DNA from: Pyrinomonadaceae bacterium
GTDB lineage: Bacteria; Acidobacteriota; Blastocatellia; Pyrinomonadales; Pyrinomonadaceae
Direction of reading: 5' to 3'
Length of the DNA stretch: 48,941 nt
Assembly (NCBI GenBank): GCA_051002255.1
Contig: JBPCMM010000229.1
Coordinates: 1-48,941 of the forward strand
This document shows, in pieces, positions 1-8,662 of the stretch. The position numbers and the translations under genes are program-made. The notes beneath the pieces are model-generated. The model worked only from the letters and a program-made list of their open reading frames with translations, searched no databases and was not told where the DNA came from. Within the stretch, counting starts at the first letter, position 1; each line of letters opens with the position of its first letter.

Positions 1-132
1 GTCAGTTATGATGAGTCTGGGCGAGTGACACAAGCTTCTGGTGGGGATGCCTCGGCAATTCGGATCGCGCGTCAAAAGCGCTTTCCTCCCGGCAAGGCTG
101 GCTCAGCCACCGTCACGATTCCAATCAATTAA
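1..132 (+). CDS. 3' end of an unidentified CDS entering from upstream of the window (...ATVTIPIN*)
   Basis: The frame is open from base 1 to TAA at 130-132 and is followed by a hairpin plus T-tract. Only 43 codons are visible and none forms a recognisable motif. Confidence 0.3.
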   Translation, partial: VSYDESGRVTQASGGDASAIRIARQKRFPPGKAGSATVTIPIN

Positions 133-164
133 AAACGGTATTAGGGGAGGGGTAATAGGTAACA

Positions 165-213
165 GGTAAAGGGCAGAAGTTAGCCTTTTACCCCTTTACC
201 CTTTTCCGTTTTT
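165..213. terminator. Bidirectional hairpin terminator between convergent genes
   Basis: A 9-bp stem pairs ggtaaaggg (165-173) with ccctttacc (192-200). It is followed by cttttccgtttttt. The hairpin lies between the partial + CDS and the stop of the minus-strand M20 gene. Confidence 0.45.
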
Positions 214-1448
214 TACCCTGTCCTAACTTTCACCATCCCCAGTATTACAAGCAGCGCCCGCCTCAAGCCGGTTTCGCGGTCTCGGGGGTCATACCATTCG
301 TCAATGGTGTGGGAATTTCCTGACATGCCTCCCCCGCCGAGTGTGATTGCTGGCAGGCCCAAAGAAATAGGCACGTTCGAATCGGTCGACGCCTGGTCCA
401 GGCGCGGCGTGAAACCTAAGGCGCGCGTTGCCTCTTCAGCCAGTTCGACTATTTGAGAATCGGCCCGAGTTTCGCCGCTCGGACGTTCGCCTATTAGCTG
501 AAGGTTAAGTTCCAACGGCAAATCGTCTTTCCGCCGGGTGGCATTCTCGTCATCCGCGGCTTCCCTGACAGCTCGTCGAAAAAATGCATCAAGCCTGAGT
601 AGCTCGTGCTCACTAGCTGAACGAAGGTCGACTTCCATGACTGCCTCGCCGGGAATGGCGTTAACACTTGAGCCGCCTTCGATGCGACCTACATTGAAAG
701 TGGTCCTGGGCCACCTTGGTACAGGATAAGAAGCGAGTCTGGAGATCGCGCGTCCCAGGGCATGGATGGGATTGGACACGCCGAAATCGGCCCACGAGTG
801 GCCGCCTGTTCCGCGCAAGCGCACTCTGTAGCGCCGCGATCCGAGCGCGCCGTTGGTGATGCGATCGATTCCACCGCCATCGAAGCTGATAAATGCATCG
901 ATTCGGCGGGCCCATTCGCCCTTGCCGAAAAGATAGCGTACACCCCGCAAATTGCCAGCACCTTCTTCCCCCACTGTGCCCACAAACAGAATTGAACCCT
1001 CAGTCACAATCCCCGCTTCGTCCAGAGCCCGAGCGATTGCGATTAGCGCAACCAATCCGCAGCCATCGTCGGAGATGCCGGGCGCCCACAATTTGTTTGC
1101 CGTGCGCCGTACGGTGAAATTCGTTCCTGATGGAAAAACTGTGTCGAGGTGGGCGCTGACGACGAGCAGAGGAGAAAGCGAGCGTCCTCTCCGCAGGGCC
1201 AGGCAGTTGCCCTCCTCGTCAATCCGAGCCTTCTCCAAACCTATTTCACTAAACCTGTCACAGAGATAGTCAGCTCGTCTCTTCTCGTCAAAAGGAGGCG
1301 CGGGAATCGAGCAAATCCTGATCTGTTCCTCGGTGATCTCTTCTGTGTGAGAATCAAAAAAACTAAAGGCAGCTTGCACGTAAGGCGACGCCAGCATCTC
1401 TTGAATACTTTTGGCTGTCGTTATGTTAACCGCAGGCGTCGTAGCCAT
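213..1448 (-). CDS. M20/M25/M40-family metallopeptidase (ArgE/DapE/peptidase T-like)
   Basis: 411-aa ORF carrying the M20 metal-site signatures SAHLDTVFP, ISDDGCGLVA and GTVGEEGAGNLRG. It starts 52 nt downstream of the LeuA-like gene on the same strand. Confidence 0.85.
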   Translation of the reverse strand: MATTPAVNITTAKSIQEMLASPYVQAAFSFFDSHTEEITEEQIRICSIPAPPFDEKRRADYLCDRFSEIGLEKARIDEEGNCLALRRGRSLSPLLVVSAHLDTVFPSGTNFTVRRTANKLWAPGISDDGCGLVALIAIARALDEAGIVTEGSILFVGTVGEEGAGNLRGVRYLFGKGEWARRIDAFISFDGGGIDRITNGALGSRRYRVRLRGTGGHSWADFGVSNPIHALGRAISRLASYPVPRWPRTTFNVGRIEGGSSVNAIPGEAVMEVDLRSASEHELLRLDAFFRRAVREAADDENATRRKDDLPLELNLQLIGERPSGETRADSQIVELAEEATRALGFTPRLDQASTDSNVPISLGLPAITLGGGGMSGNSHTIDEWYDPRDRETGLRRALLVILGMVKVRTG

Positions 1449-1500
1449 CGACTTATTTTCTGCAATCTGGGAATGCGACTAACATCCAGAGAGACGTAAC

Positions 1501-2715
1501 TCAAACGAGTTGCAAGATTTCTTCGGAAGCCAATACCGCGGAGGACCGCTTGGCGCGTTCATAGATCCGATTAACGCGCTCGTCACTAGGCTCAATGCCC
1601 CGTTTCTCTAGCCAATAAATCACATTGGACTTGCCACTCATGGGTCCAATCTCAATGACTTGCTCCAGACCAAATTGACCGGCCGGCACGCCCGAGTAAA
1701 CAAGGTCGGCGAGTGCTCGGTCGCCTTTCCGATAGCTCTTGATCACGGCGGCGGCGTGTACTCCGGTGGCCGTGCGAAAGGCATCGCGCCCGAACACGGG
1801 ATAATTGAAAGGTATCATCCACTTACATGCCGACGAGGCGACTTCGCAATACTCGCCGAGTCGCGTAAGGTCGTTGTCGATCCAACCCATGAGTTTGAGA
1901 TTTACCAGCAACTGATCCATCGGCGTATTGCCGACCCGCTCGCCGATTCCCAGGGCTGAGCCATGAACTTGATCTGCGCCGCCTTCGATGGCGGCGATCG
2001 AATTGATTACTCCCAGTCCGCGGTCCTGATGTCCATGCCAGTCAAGTCTCACATTTCCGCCTTGCTCGTCGATAATGTTTTTTACAAACCGCACCACCGC
2101 ACGCGCGCCGTCTGGCGTAGAATGACCCACCGTGTCGCAGACACAAACTGCCTTTGCCCCGCATCGAATCGCCGTCGTGTAAAGCGCGCGCAGCGTTTCC
2201 GGGTCTGCGCGGGTGGTGTCTTCTGTAACGAACATCACGGGCACGCCCTCCTTCACCGCAAACGTCACCGCATCTTCGGTCATTTCGAGGAGTCTCTCCA
2301 GCGTCCAATCTTCCGCAAAGAAGCGCACTGATGAAGAACCGATGAACGTGCAGGCCTCGATAGGAATGCCAGCCCGTTGCGAGATTTCGACAATGGGAAT
2401 GATGTCGTTGCGATGAGTACGCGCCGCGCAGTTAGGACGGATCTTGAGTCTCTTATCGACTATCTCGCGAGCCATACGCTCCACGCCCGCCGCATGAGTC
2501 CCACCGGCTCCGGGTAAGCCGATATCCGCGGTATCGATGCCCAGCGCATTCATCAGATGCAGCAGTTCGATCTTCTTCTCTACCGTGGGTTCGGAAACCG
2601 AAGGTGATTGCAAACCATCGCGCAGAGTTTCGTCGTCAAAACCAACGTGACGGTTAGGTGCCTTAATAACGGGATCAATGTTGTTCCAATCGTAAACCAG
2701 TTCGTTAACAGGCAC
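1501..2715 (-). CDS. Short-form 2-isopropylmalate/homocitrate synthase family protein (HMGL-like TIM barrel)
   Basis: 404 aa with ETLRDGLQSP near the N-terminus and HGHQDRGLGVINSIAAIEGGADQVHGSALGIGERVGNTP, the H-x-H plus GER-GN motifs of the LeuA/NifV family. The C-terminal LeuA regulatory domain is absent. GTG start, with GGAGG 12 nt upstream. Confidence 0.8.
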   Translation of the reverse strand: MPVNELVYDWNNIDPVIKAPNRHVGFDDETLRDGLQSPSVSEPTVEKKIELLHLMNALGIDTADIGLPGAGGTHAAGVERMAREIVDKRLKIRPNCAARTHRNDIIPIVEISQRAGIPIEACTFIGSSSVRFFAEDWTLERLLEMTEDAVTFAVKEGVPVMFVTEDTTRADPETLRALYTTAIRCGAKAVCVCDTVGHSTPDGARAVVRFVKNIIDEQGGNVRLDWHGHQDRGLGVINSIAAIEGGADQVHGSALGIGERVGNTPMDQLLVNLKLMGWIDNDLTRLGEYCEVASSACKWMIPFNYPVFGRDAFRTATGVHAAAVIKSYRKGDRALADLVYSGVPAGQFGLEQVIEIGPMSGKSNVIYWLEKRGIEPSDERVNRIYERAKRSSAVLASEEILQLV

Positions 2716-2885
2716 CTTTGTAGAGACCTCCAGCGAGAACTACATCGAAGAATTACAAGGAGAATTTGATTACAGCAATGGCGGCAGTCAATGTCAAGAT
2801 AGCCGCTCATCCGCGACCGAGACACAGGGATCCGGAAGGATTCCGTCGTTATTCAATACTGAGACGAAGATCTAACTTTGGAAAA

Positions 2886-3043
2886 TTCGCAGGTGGGGAA
2901 GGTGGGCTTGCCCCCGCTCAAGATCCCTATCTATTCAAGAGGGGTCGCTGAGAGTTTCGTAAGATCCCGAAGGTTGGCTGTCAATTCGGTCTCGAGTGGG
3001 TGGGGTCTTGAGCGGGGGCAAGCCCACCTTCCCCACCTGCGAA
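2886..3043. repeat. Family A inverted repeat, copy 1 (about 41-nt arms, 75-nt spacer)
   Basis: The left arm ttcgcaggtggggaaggtgggcttgcccccgctcaagatcc (2886-2926) is the reverse complement of 3003-3043 with one mismatch. Related copies lie at 26272-26352 and 34706-34841. Confidence 0.9.
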
Positions 3044-3099
3044 TTTCCCAAGTTGATCTTCGTCCCCACGTCTGACACGTCTCCCGCGCCGCACTCCCT

Positions 3100-3126
3100 T
3101 TGACGCAACCTTCGCTCTGGTATAGC
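3100..3126 (+). promoter_or_regulatory. Candidate sigma-70 promoter for yjjX-tdk
   Basis: TTGACG (3100-3105) is followed by an extended -10, TGgTATAGC (3118-3126). The spacing is short at about 15 nt. The site lies about 50 nt upstream of the 3175 start. Confidence 0.25.
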
Positions 3127-3174
3127 CTCTGACGCGTTTCGCTAATAGGCAACTCTCGTCGGCAATTAGAAAAT

Positions 3175-3780
3175 TTGAACCGGTCGCGATCCCAATCCTC
3201 AATTAAAACGATAGCTCTAGGCTCGGACCGCGCTGCCAAGATCATGGCGGTCCGCGCGTGTGTGGCCCGTGTCGCGGAAATCGATTCCTCATGGGCCGAA
3301 GCCAACGTCGTGGCGCGGGCCGTAAGTACCAACGCGCCCGCGATGCCCTTAACCGACTGGGAGCTTATGCAAGGCGCACGGGAGAGGGCTCTGGCAGTCC
3401 GCGACCTGCTTCGCGGCCAGCGTCTGGAGGCCGAGATTTATGTCGGACTCGAGGGAGGGTTTCACTCGATTTCGATTGAGGGCGAGTGGCACACGTTCTT
3501 ACGAGGATGGGCCTACGCCAGTGATGGCAAAAACGGAGCCTTTGGAGCGTCACCTTCAATCACCGTCCCGAACGCACTAGCGAAAAAAGTAATCGAGGGC
3601 CGACGCGAGTTGGGTCTGGTGATCGACGAAGTCTCAGGCAAGCGCGACACCCGCAGCCGCGAGGGTGCCTGGGGAGTTCTTTCGCGCGACCTACTCACCC
3701 GCTCGCTCAGTTTCGAGCTGGCTCTGATCGCTGCCTTTGCGCCTTTCTACAATCCTGAGTTATACCAGAACACGGATTAA
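3175..3780 (+). CDS. yjjX: Inosine/xanthosine triphosphatase (YjjX/DUF84 family NTPase)
   Basis: 201 aa. It is collinear with E. coli YjjX: N-terminal [11 protein letters not shown], then GARERA, GLEGG, ELG..ID..SG and [13 protein letters not shown], ending [14 protein letters not shown] start; the true start could lie slightly downstream. Confidence 0.65.
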   Translation: MNRSRSQSSIKTIALGSDRAAKIMAVRACVARVAEIDSSWAEANVVARAVSTNAPAMPLTDWELMQGARERALAVRDLLRGQRLEAEIYVGLEGGFHSISIEGEWHTFLRGWAYASDGKNGAFGASPSITVPNALAKKVIEGRRELGLVIDEVSGKRDTRSREGAWGVLSRDLLTRSLSFELALIAAFAPFYNPELYQNTD

Positions 3781-3788
3781 AGGACTTG

Positions 3789-4412
3789 ATGATGGAAGAG
3801 TTGATTGTTCAGGGTAACGAGGAACCGTTGCCACACCCTCGCACAATGCCTGGCTGGGTTGAAGTGATTGCTGGCGCGATGTTTTCCGGAAAGTCGGAGG
3901 AGCTAATTCGCCGTCTGCGGCGTGCAAAGATTGCGCGGCAGAAGGTTCAGGTCTTCAAACCGGAAGTCGATTCACGTTATTCAAACGATCACATTGTTTC
4001 CCACTCCGAGATGCGCCACGAGTCTTCCAAGATCCGCACCGCAGCGGAACTGCTAGCCACGATCGACCCTGATACTGAAGTTGTAGGCATCGATGAAGGT
4101 CAATTTTTCGACAACGCACTCGTTGATGTAGCAAACCAGCTAGCCAAGCGCGGTGTGCGTGTGATCATTGCGGGATTAGATCAAGACTACACCGGCAAAC
4201 CATGGGAACCGATGCCTCAACTTCTCGCCATTGCTGAGTACATTACAAAAACTCACGCCATCTGCATGAAGTGTGGTCAGCCAGCCAACTATTCCCAACG
4301 CATCTTCGAATCCGAAGAGCGCGTCGCCGTCGGCGCCGCTGGAATGTACGAAGCCCGCTGCCGACGTTGCTTCGTCCCGCACGCGGACGCCCCGACCAAT
4401 CATTCGTCATAA
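3789..4412 (+). CDS. tdk: Thymidine kinase
   Basis: P-loop [11 protein letters not shown], then IDEGQFF, and the zinc ribbon CMKCG...CRRC. The ATG is 5-8 nt after AAGGA. The ORF track starts one codon earlier at TTG 3786. Confidence 0.95.
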   Translation: MMEELIVQGNEEPLPHPRTMPGWVEVIAGAMFSGKSEELIRRLRRAKIARQKVQVFKPEVDSRYSNDHIVSHSEMRHESSKIRTAAELLATIDPDTEVVGIDEGQFFDNALVDVANQLAKRGVRVIIAGLDQDYTGKPWEPMPQLLAIAEYITKTHAICMKCGQPANYSQRIFESEERVAVGAAGMYEARCRRCFVPHADAPTNHSS

Positions 4413-4699
4413 AACCCAAAGGTCTGGCAACGCTTTGGGCCAGGGGCCCGTCCAAACGCAAGAAGACTCCCCATCACCGTTCTAAAACTGCAAGACAATC
4501 GGTCTCCCCGAAACCAGCAGGGCTTCGTTAGGCAGCGCTTCGTTCTGCGAAGGTCAGGTGTTCGTGTGCTGAAGCACCGACTTCGAATGGGATGTCTCCC
4601 CGCGTCAACATCATTTTGCTGAGGGCTGGTACTTCAGCACGTTGGGTCCTTCAACATTCGCTGTTTGTTCAGCATCGGCTCTACCCGAGGAGTACAACC

Positions 4700-5767
4700 A
4701 TGAAACAGACATTTTTGATGACCATCGCGGTGGTCTTATTAGCAGTTGCGGTTCCGTTAGGGGTGCTTATTGGCGCTCAGGTGCAGAGTGAGACGTCAAG
4801 CAAGGACGCAGGCGGCTCTGGACCAGATACCGGGATGCAAGCGAGTGATTACCGTGTCTCTGGCCCATTCACCCATAAAAACCTCACAATCTTTCTCCTT
4901 CACGGAAAAAACATGATTGAGGGCAAATCATTCCTGACGCTGCAAGAAGCGCTCGAGCAAAGAAAAGTGGTGGTTTACGAGACGAAATCGGTAAACGAAC
5001 TCTCCATAGAGAATCGCTCGGATCAGGATATCTACGTCCAGGCGGGAGACATTGTAAAAGGCGGGCAGCAAGACCGCGTGTTGGCCGTTGATCTGATCGT
5101 GCCACCTGGGTCGGGCCGCATGCCGATCGCTGCTTTCTGTGTGGAGTCCGGAAGGTGGAACAAACGCAAAGGTGAGCGGGCTGAAGTCTTCAGTAGCGCG
5201 GCAGAAGTGGTCGTCACGAAGGAACTCAAGCTGGCGGCTAAGAGTGCAAAATCACAAGGCGCAGTTTGGGAAAACGTCACGGTCACTCAGGACAAGCTGA
5301 GCGAGAATCTCAGCACACGCGTTAATTCGACCGTGTCAGAGTCGAGCCTACAACTTGCTGTCGAAAACCGAAAAGTGCAGGAGACGGCGGCGGGCTACAC
5401 TAGGGCGCTAGCTGGAGTGGTCAAGGGCAAGGACGATGTGATTGGGTACGTATTTGCGATAAACGGAGCGGTCAACAGCGCGGACGTTTACGGTTCCAGC
5501 GAGTTGTTTATGAAACTCTGGCCCAAGTTGCTCAAGGCGAATGCGATCGAAGCAATCGCCGAGCTGCGGGAAGATTCGAAATTTGAGCCCGCGACCGCTG
5601 AAAATGTAAAGACATTCCTCGCGGAGGCGGACAGCAACAAGGCTTCAGAAAAAGAAGTGACCGCACGAATCAGCCTGCTGACGCGCGAAGATGACAGGAA
5701 CATTCTCTTCGAAACCCAGGATCGAACTCAGAAGAGATGGTTACACCGGAACTATATTCGTAAGTAG
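4700..5767 (+). CDS. Membrane-anchored/exported hypothetical protein, DUF6569-like (family assignment from memory)
   Basis: GAGGAG lies 7 nt before ATG 4700. The N-terminal hydrophobic segment is MKQTFLMTIAVVLLAVAVPLGVL. The core GDIVKGGQQDRVL...AFCVESGRW resembles the G-x-Q-N/D-R ... C-V-E-x-G-R-W pattern of DUF6569. The longer track ORF from 4592 has no support. Confidence 0.75.
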   Translation: MKQTFLMTIAVVLLAVAVPLGVLIGAQVQSETSSKDAGGSGPDTGMQASDYRVSGPFTHKNLTIFLLHGKNMIEGKSFLTLQEALEQRKVVVYETKSVNELSIENRSDQDIYVQAGDIVKGGQQDRVLAVDLIVPPGSGRMPIAAFCVESGRWNKRKGERAEVFSSAAEVVVTKELKLAAKSAKSQGAVWENVTVTQDKLSENLSTRVNSTVSESSLQLAVENRKVQETAAGYTRALAGVVKGKDDVIGYVFAINGAVNSADVYGSSELFMKLWPKLLKANAIEAIAELREDSKFEPATAENVKTFLAEADSNKASEKEVTARISLLTREDDRNILFETQDRTQKRWLHRNYIRK

Positions 5768-5864
5768 GTGATGACAAGAGATGGCCGATTCATTTCCCAT
5801 ATCTCATTTGACGTTTCTCATTGTTTCTCATTTGTCATTCAGTATATTCGGTATTGTTGACTCT

Positions 5865-5894
5865 TGTTCGTGTTCGTCCAGTGATTTCGTGGAC
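5865..5894. repeat. Family C repeat, right arm only
   Basis: ttgttcgtgttcgtccagtgatttcgtggacg matches the right arms at 11588-11611, 36313-36345 and 42312-42343. Confidence 0.7.
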
Positions 5895-6015
5895 GCTTGA
5901 CCTCGCGGAATGTCTCGCATTTTAAGCCGCCCGAGAAATTTAGCGAGATGCTTTGCGCGAACTAACCCACTACCCTCACTGGCAACCGTTTGCCTACTGG
6001 CCCATGCATGGTATC

Positions 6016-6041
6016 CTACTGCTTCCCCCTACTGCTTCCCC
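6016..6041. repeat. 13-bp perfect tandem duplication
   Basis: ctactgcttcccc occurs twice in tandem (6016-6028 and 6029-6041) in the 5' region of the lipoprotein gene. Confidence 0.9.
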
Positions 6042-6095
6042 TACACCCCCTTCTTAAACACAGCGCCACGGCGCTTGAGTCCGGAGATCTCTCTA

Positions 6096-7019
6096 ATGAA
6101 AACATCCGTCAAGCCATCAGCACTAGCCTGTCTTATTATGACAGCCGCAATGATCTCGATGGGCAGCGCCTGTCAGCCTGCTACCAATACAAACACCAAT
6201 GCAAACCTGACTGTTAATGCAAATTTAACCCCGGCCAACGTAAATGCCAACGTCTCCACAGCGCCAACCACTGGTATTGCGACGCGCGAACCCGAGCGGT
6301 ATCGCGCGACCCTGGTCCTCAGTGCAGAAACTGAAGGTGGGCAAAAGACGATCGGTATCCCGACTTTGTCCGCTGAAGTGGCGCGCAGTGGTGCCGATCG
6401 CCGCGTCTCATTCAAACTGCCGGACGGGTCGGATCTTATTTACCTCGAAAAGGGTGGTCTGCACATTGTTGTTGCGCCAGGCCGCAAGCAATATGCGGAG
6501 CTGACGCCTGAAGCTACAGGGTTTCAACTGCACAAGTTGATGACTCCGGGACAACTAACCTCGCGCCTGGAAAACTTGAAAGGCGTCGAGCGCGTTGGCG
6601 AAGAGACGATCACAGGGCGCACTGCCGACAAATATCGTTACGCGACTACCAGAAGCACCGGGACACAAGCAGGCGAAGTAAGCGCTGAAGCATTTGTTTT
6701 TGTTGACAAAGAAACCGGTCTGCCTCTGCGGGCTGAACTGTTCACGGAGGCCAGCGGCGATGTCCAGGGAGTAAAAGGCGCGAAGATAGTCGCGGAGATG
6801 CGGGACATTAACACGAACGTGGACAACTCGCTATTTGAGGTGCCGGCGGGATTCAGTAAAGTGCCGCCTCAGCAGGTCAAGCAGCAAATAGACGCCGTGT
6901 CGAATACCGCGGCTGCTCTGGTTAAAGCGCTGCTTAGTAATATGGCTACGCAGGGTAGCTCCACGCCCAGCGCATCACCAACTGCAACGTCATCGCCTTC
7001 GCCTTCGCCGCGCGATTAG
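6096..7019 (+). CDS. Lipoprotein, possibly LolA-like/DUF4412-like fold, with low-complexity N and C tails
   Basis: Signal peptide with a lipobox-like cleavage site: MKTSVKPSALACLIMTAAMISMGS|AC. An N/T/A-rich linker (NTNTNANLTVNANL) precedes a beta-rich body. The C-terminal tail is S/P/T-rich. GGAG lies 9 nt upstream of ATG 6096. Confidence 0.75.
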   Translation: MKTSVKPSALACLIMTAAMISMGSACQPATNTNTNANLTVNANLTPANVNANVSTAPTTGIATREPERYRATLVLSAETEGGQKTIGIPTLSAEVARSGADRRVSFKLPDGSDLIYLEKGGLHIVVAPGRKQYAELTPEATGFQLHKLMTPGQLTSRLENLKGVERVGEETITGRTADKYRYATTRSTGTQAGEVSAEAFVFVDKETGLPLRAELFTEASGDVQGVKGAKIVAEMRDINTNVDNSLFEVPAGFSKVPPQQVKQQIDAVSNTAAALVKALLSNMATQGSSTPSASPTATSSPSPSPRD

Positions 7020-7031
7020 GGAGGAGAAACT

Positions 7032-7784
7032 ATGAGGTACCTGATCATTCTTCTCCTGGGGTTGATCGTGGGAGCAGGAACCGCCGTATTCCTGCTCGGC
7101 ATACCGCGCGCGAAGTCTATGCCAGGGACGCAGGTGCAGGCCCCGGAAGCCAGTGGGGATCCGGCGGGCGCTGTCGTTGTCACGCTTCCAAACGGTTTCA
7201 TTCAAAAGTTTCTTGCCACGGTTTTCCAGGACCTCGGCGCACCTTCGTTTCAACTCGCCGGAACAGAGCCGGCAGCGAACTCCACAGGGATCGAGCGCAT
7301 TGCTTTCCAGCAAGGGTGTACCAACACGATCACCCTCGCGCCGGAAGGCAGTAACATCAAAACCGAGGTTCAATTTGCCAACGGCCGGATTACCGCTCCG
7401 CTCGCGTTTAGTGGTAGCTACAATCTGCTGGGCAGCTGTATGCAGTTTAAAGGTTGGGCGCAGACGAGCGTCCAGCTCCGTTTCGACGAAGGAAGCCAAA
7501 CCGTCTACGGACAGCTGAACGTTGAAGGCGTCAATCTGGAGGGTGTGAATCCCATGGCGAACAACTTCGTGACCGTGTTCGTGCGTAACGCTATCGACCA
7601 GCGCGTCAATCCACTTGAGTTAATTAAAGGCGCACAACTACAACTCATGATTCCGGTAAAAGCGAGTAATGGAGAGGTGAAAGCCCGAGTAAAAGACGTG
7701 CGAGCGGAGATGTTGGATGGGTTGCTCAAAATGCACATCTCGTACGAATTCAGCGGTATGCGAGGCCAACAACCTCAAGGGTAA
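7032..7784 (+). CDS. N-terminally anchored hypothetical protein (beta-rich, possibly lipid-binding DUF2993-like)
   Basis: A strong SD is visible (GGGAGGAGAAACTATG). The TM segment is MRYLIILLLGLIVGAGTAVFLLG. The start lies 12 nt after the upstream lipoprotein gene's stop codon. Confidence 0.75.
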   Translation: MRYLIILLLGLIVGAGTAVFLLGIPRAKSMPGTQVQAPEASGDPAGAVVVTLPNGFIQKFLATVFQDLGAPSFQLAGTEPAANSTGIERIAFQQGCTNTITLAPEGSNIKTEVQFANGRITAPLAFSGSYNLLGSCMQFKGWAQTSVQLRFDEGSQTVYGQLNVEGVNLEGVNPMANNFVTVFVRNAIDQRVNPLELIKGAQLQLMIPVKASNGEVKARVKDVRAEMLDGLLKMHISYEFSGMRGQQPQG

Positions 7785-7805
7785 TCAAGCTTGGGTAAAA
7801 AAACT

Positions 7806-7837
7806 ACCGCCCGGATTTCAAACGAAGTCCGGGCGGT
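7806..7837. terminator. Bidirectional intrinsic terminator
   Basis: A 10-bp stem pairs accgcccgga with tccgggcggt around a 12-nt loop. The upstream A7 run reads as a T7 tract on the minus strand. It lies between the convergent genes 7032-7784 (+) and 7915-8398 (-). Confidence 0.6.
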
Positions 7838-7914
7838 GATGTGTTTAATACGTCGCGGTAGCCCTTCAGAATTAGTGAATCCCGATACCTGCTCCGACGA
7901 GGTCAGGGCCGCGG

Positions 7915-8398
7915 TTAAGAAGGAAACCTGACCTTTGCTACTTCCTCTTCCGGCGTGTCATGTTGCGGGGCGACTCCCACGCCGTGTTCGAACGATAAGG
8001 CGCCGCCCAACCAACCGGAGATGGAAATCAGAACCACTCCCAGTAGCGAAAGCAGGAACGGAATTCTGAGGCTCCCTCCTACCAGTGGCGACCCTGCCTG
8101 CATTCTCAAGTAGAGATTCACCGAGAAAATTAGCAACGCGAGTATATTCAAGCGCGCGTGCCAGTTCGCAATTCTCTTCACCTCATTGTTCTTGATTGCC
8201 AGCCAATCGACAATGCCGGGCACTGCCGCCGCTGCGGCGCCGATGATACCCGCAGCAATCATGAACTTTGAGATCAGCACCAGACTGCGGTGGTGGTTAA
8301 AGTAGAAGAGCACATCTGTGGCAAAAGATGTGTACCAAAGGAAACGACACGAGCATAGGATGAACCGGGTGACCTGCGATACTTGCTTTGCTTGCCAT
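7915..8398 (-). pseudogene. DUF2231-family membrane protein, interrupted by a frameshift in an A4/T4 run
   Basis: ATG 8398 has AAGGAGG 7 nt upstream and opens MASKASIAGHPVHPMLVSFPLVHIF..., which stops after 33 codons. The rest of the protein (ATDVLFYFNHH...DWLAI...SFEHGVGV) continues in the +1 frame as ORF 7915-8313. Removing one T from the run at 8323-8326 (plus-strand AAAA) restores a single ORF. Confidence 0.7.
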
Positions 8399-8504
8399 AG
8401 GCAACCTCCTTCAGACAGTGGTATGCAGAGTAGGTATTATTTGGCTGCAAAGTATTCTCTGAGGGGGGGCCAGGTCAAGGTTTGGACTAGGGCTTCGCCG
8501 CCTT

Positions 8505-8629
8505 CCTTGCGGAAAGGCTCTGCCTTTCCGGGACGCTACATAACACTTGAGGCTATGCCTCCGCATCCAGAGGCGTGCCTCGAAGCTTAAGAATAATGTG
8601 TGCGGAAAGCCATAGGCTTTCCGCAAGGG
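8505..8629. repeat. Family E: two near-identical perfect hairpins that also pair with each other
   Basis: One hairpin is cggaaaggc-tct-gcctttccg (8510-8530). The other is gcggaaagcc-ata-ggctttccgc (8602-8624). In addition, ccttgcggaaag (8505-8516) is the reverse complement of ctttccgcaagg (8618-8629). Confidence 0.85.
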
Positions 8630-8662
8630 GTGCGGCAGAGCCGCTGTGAAACGAACCGACTG

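Noticed and set aside
213-2715. The LeuA-like synthase plus M20 hydrolase as homocitrate synthase plus LysK of the alpha-aminoadipate/LysW lysine pathway
   Set aside because: No lysW, lysX, lysZ, lysY, lysJ or homoaconitase genes are adjacent. The synthase cannot be assigned to the homocitrate versus isopropylmalate or citramalate subfamily by eye. M20 enzymes are too generic for the pairing to carry weight.
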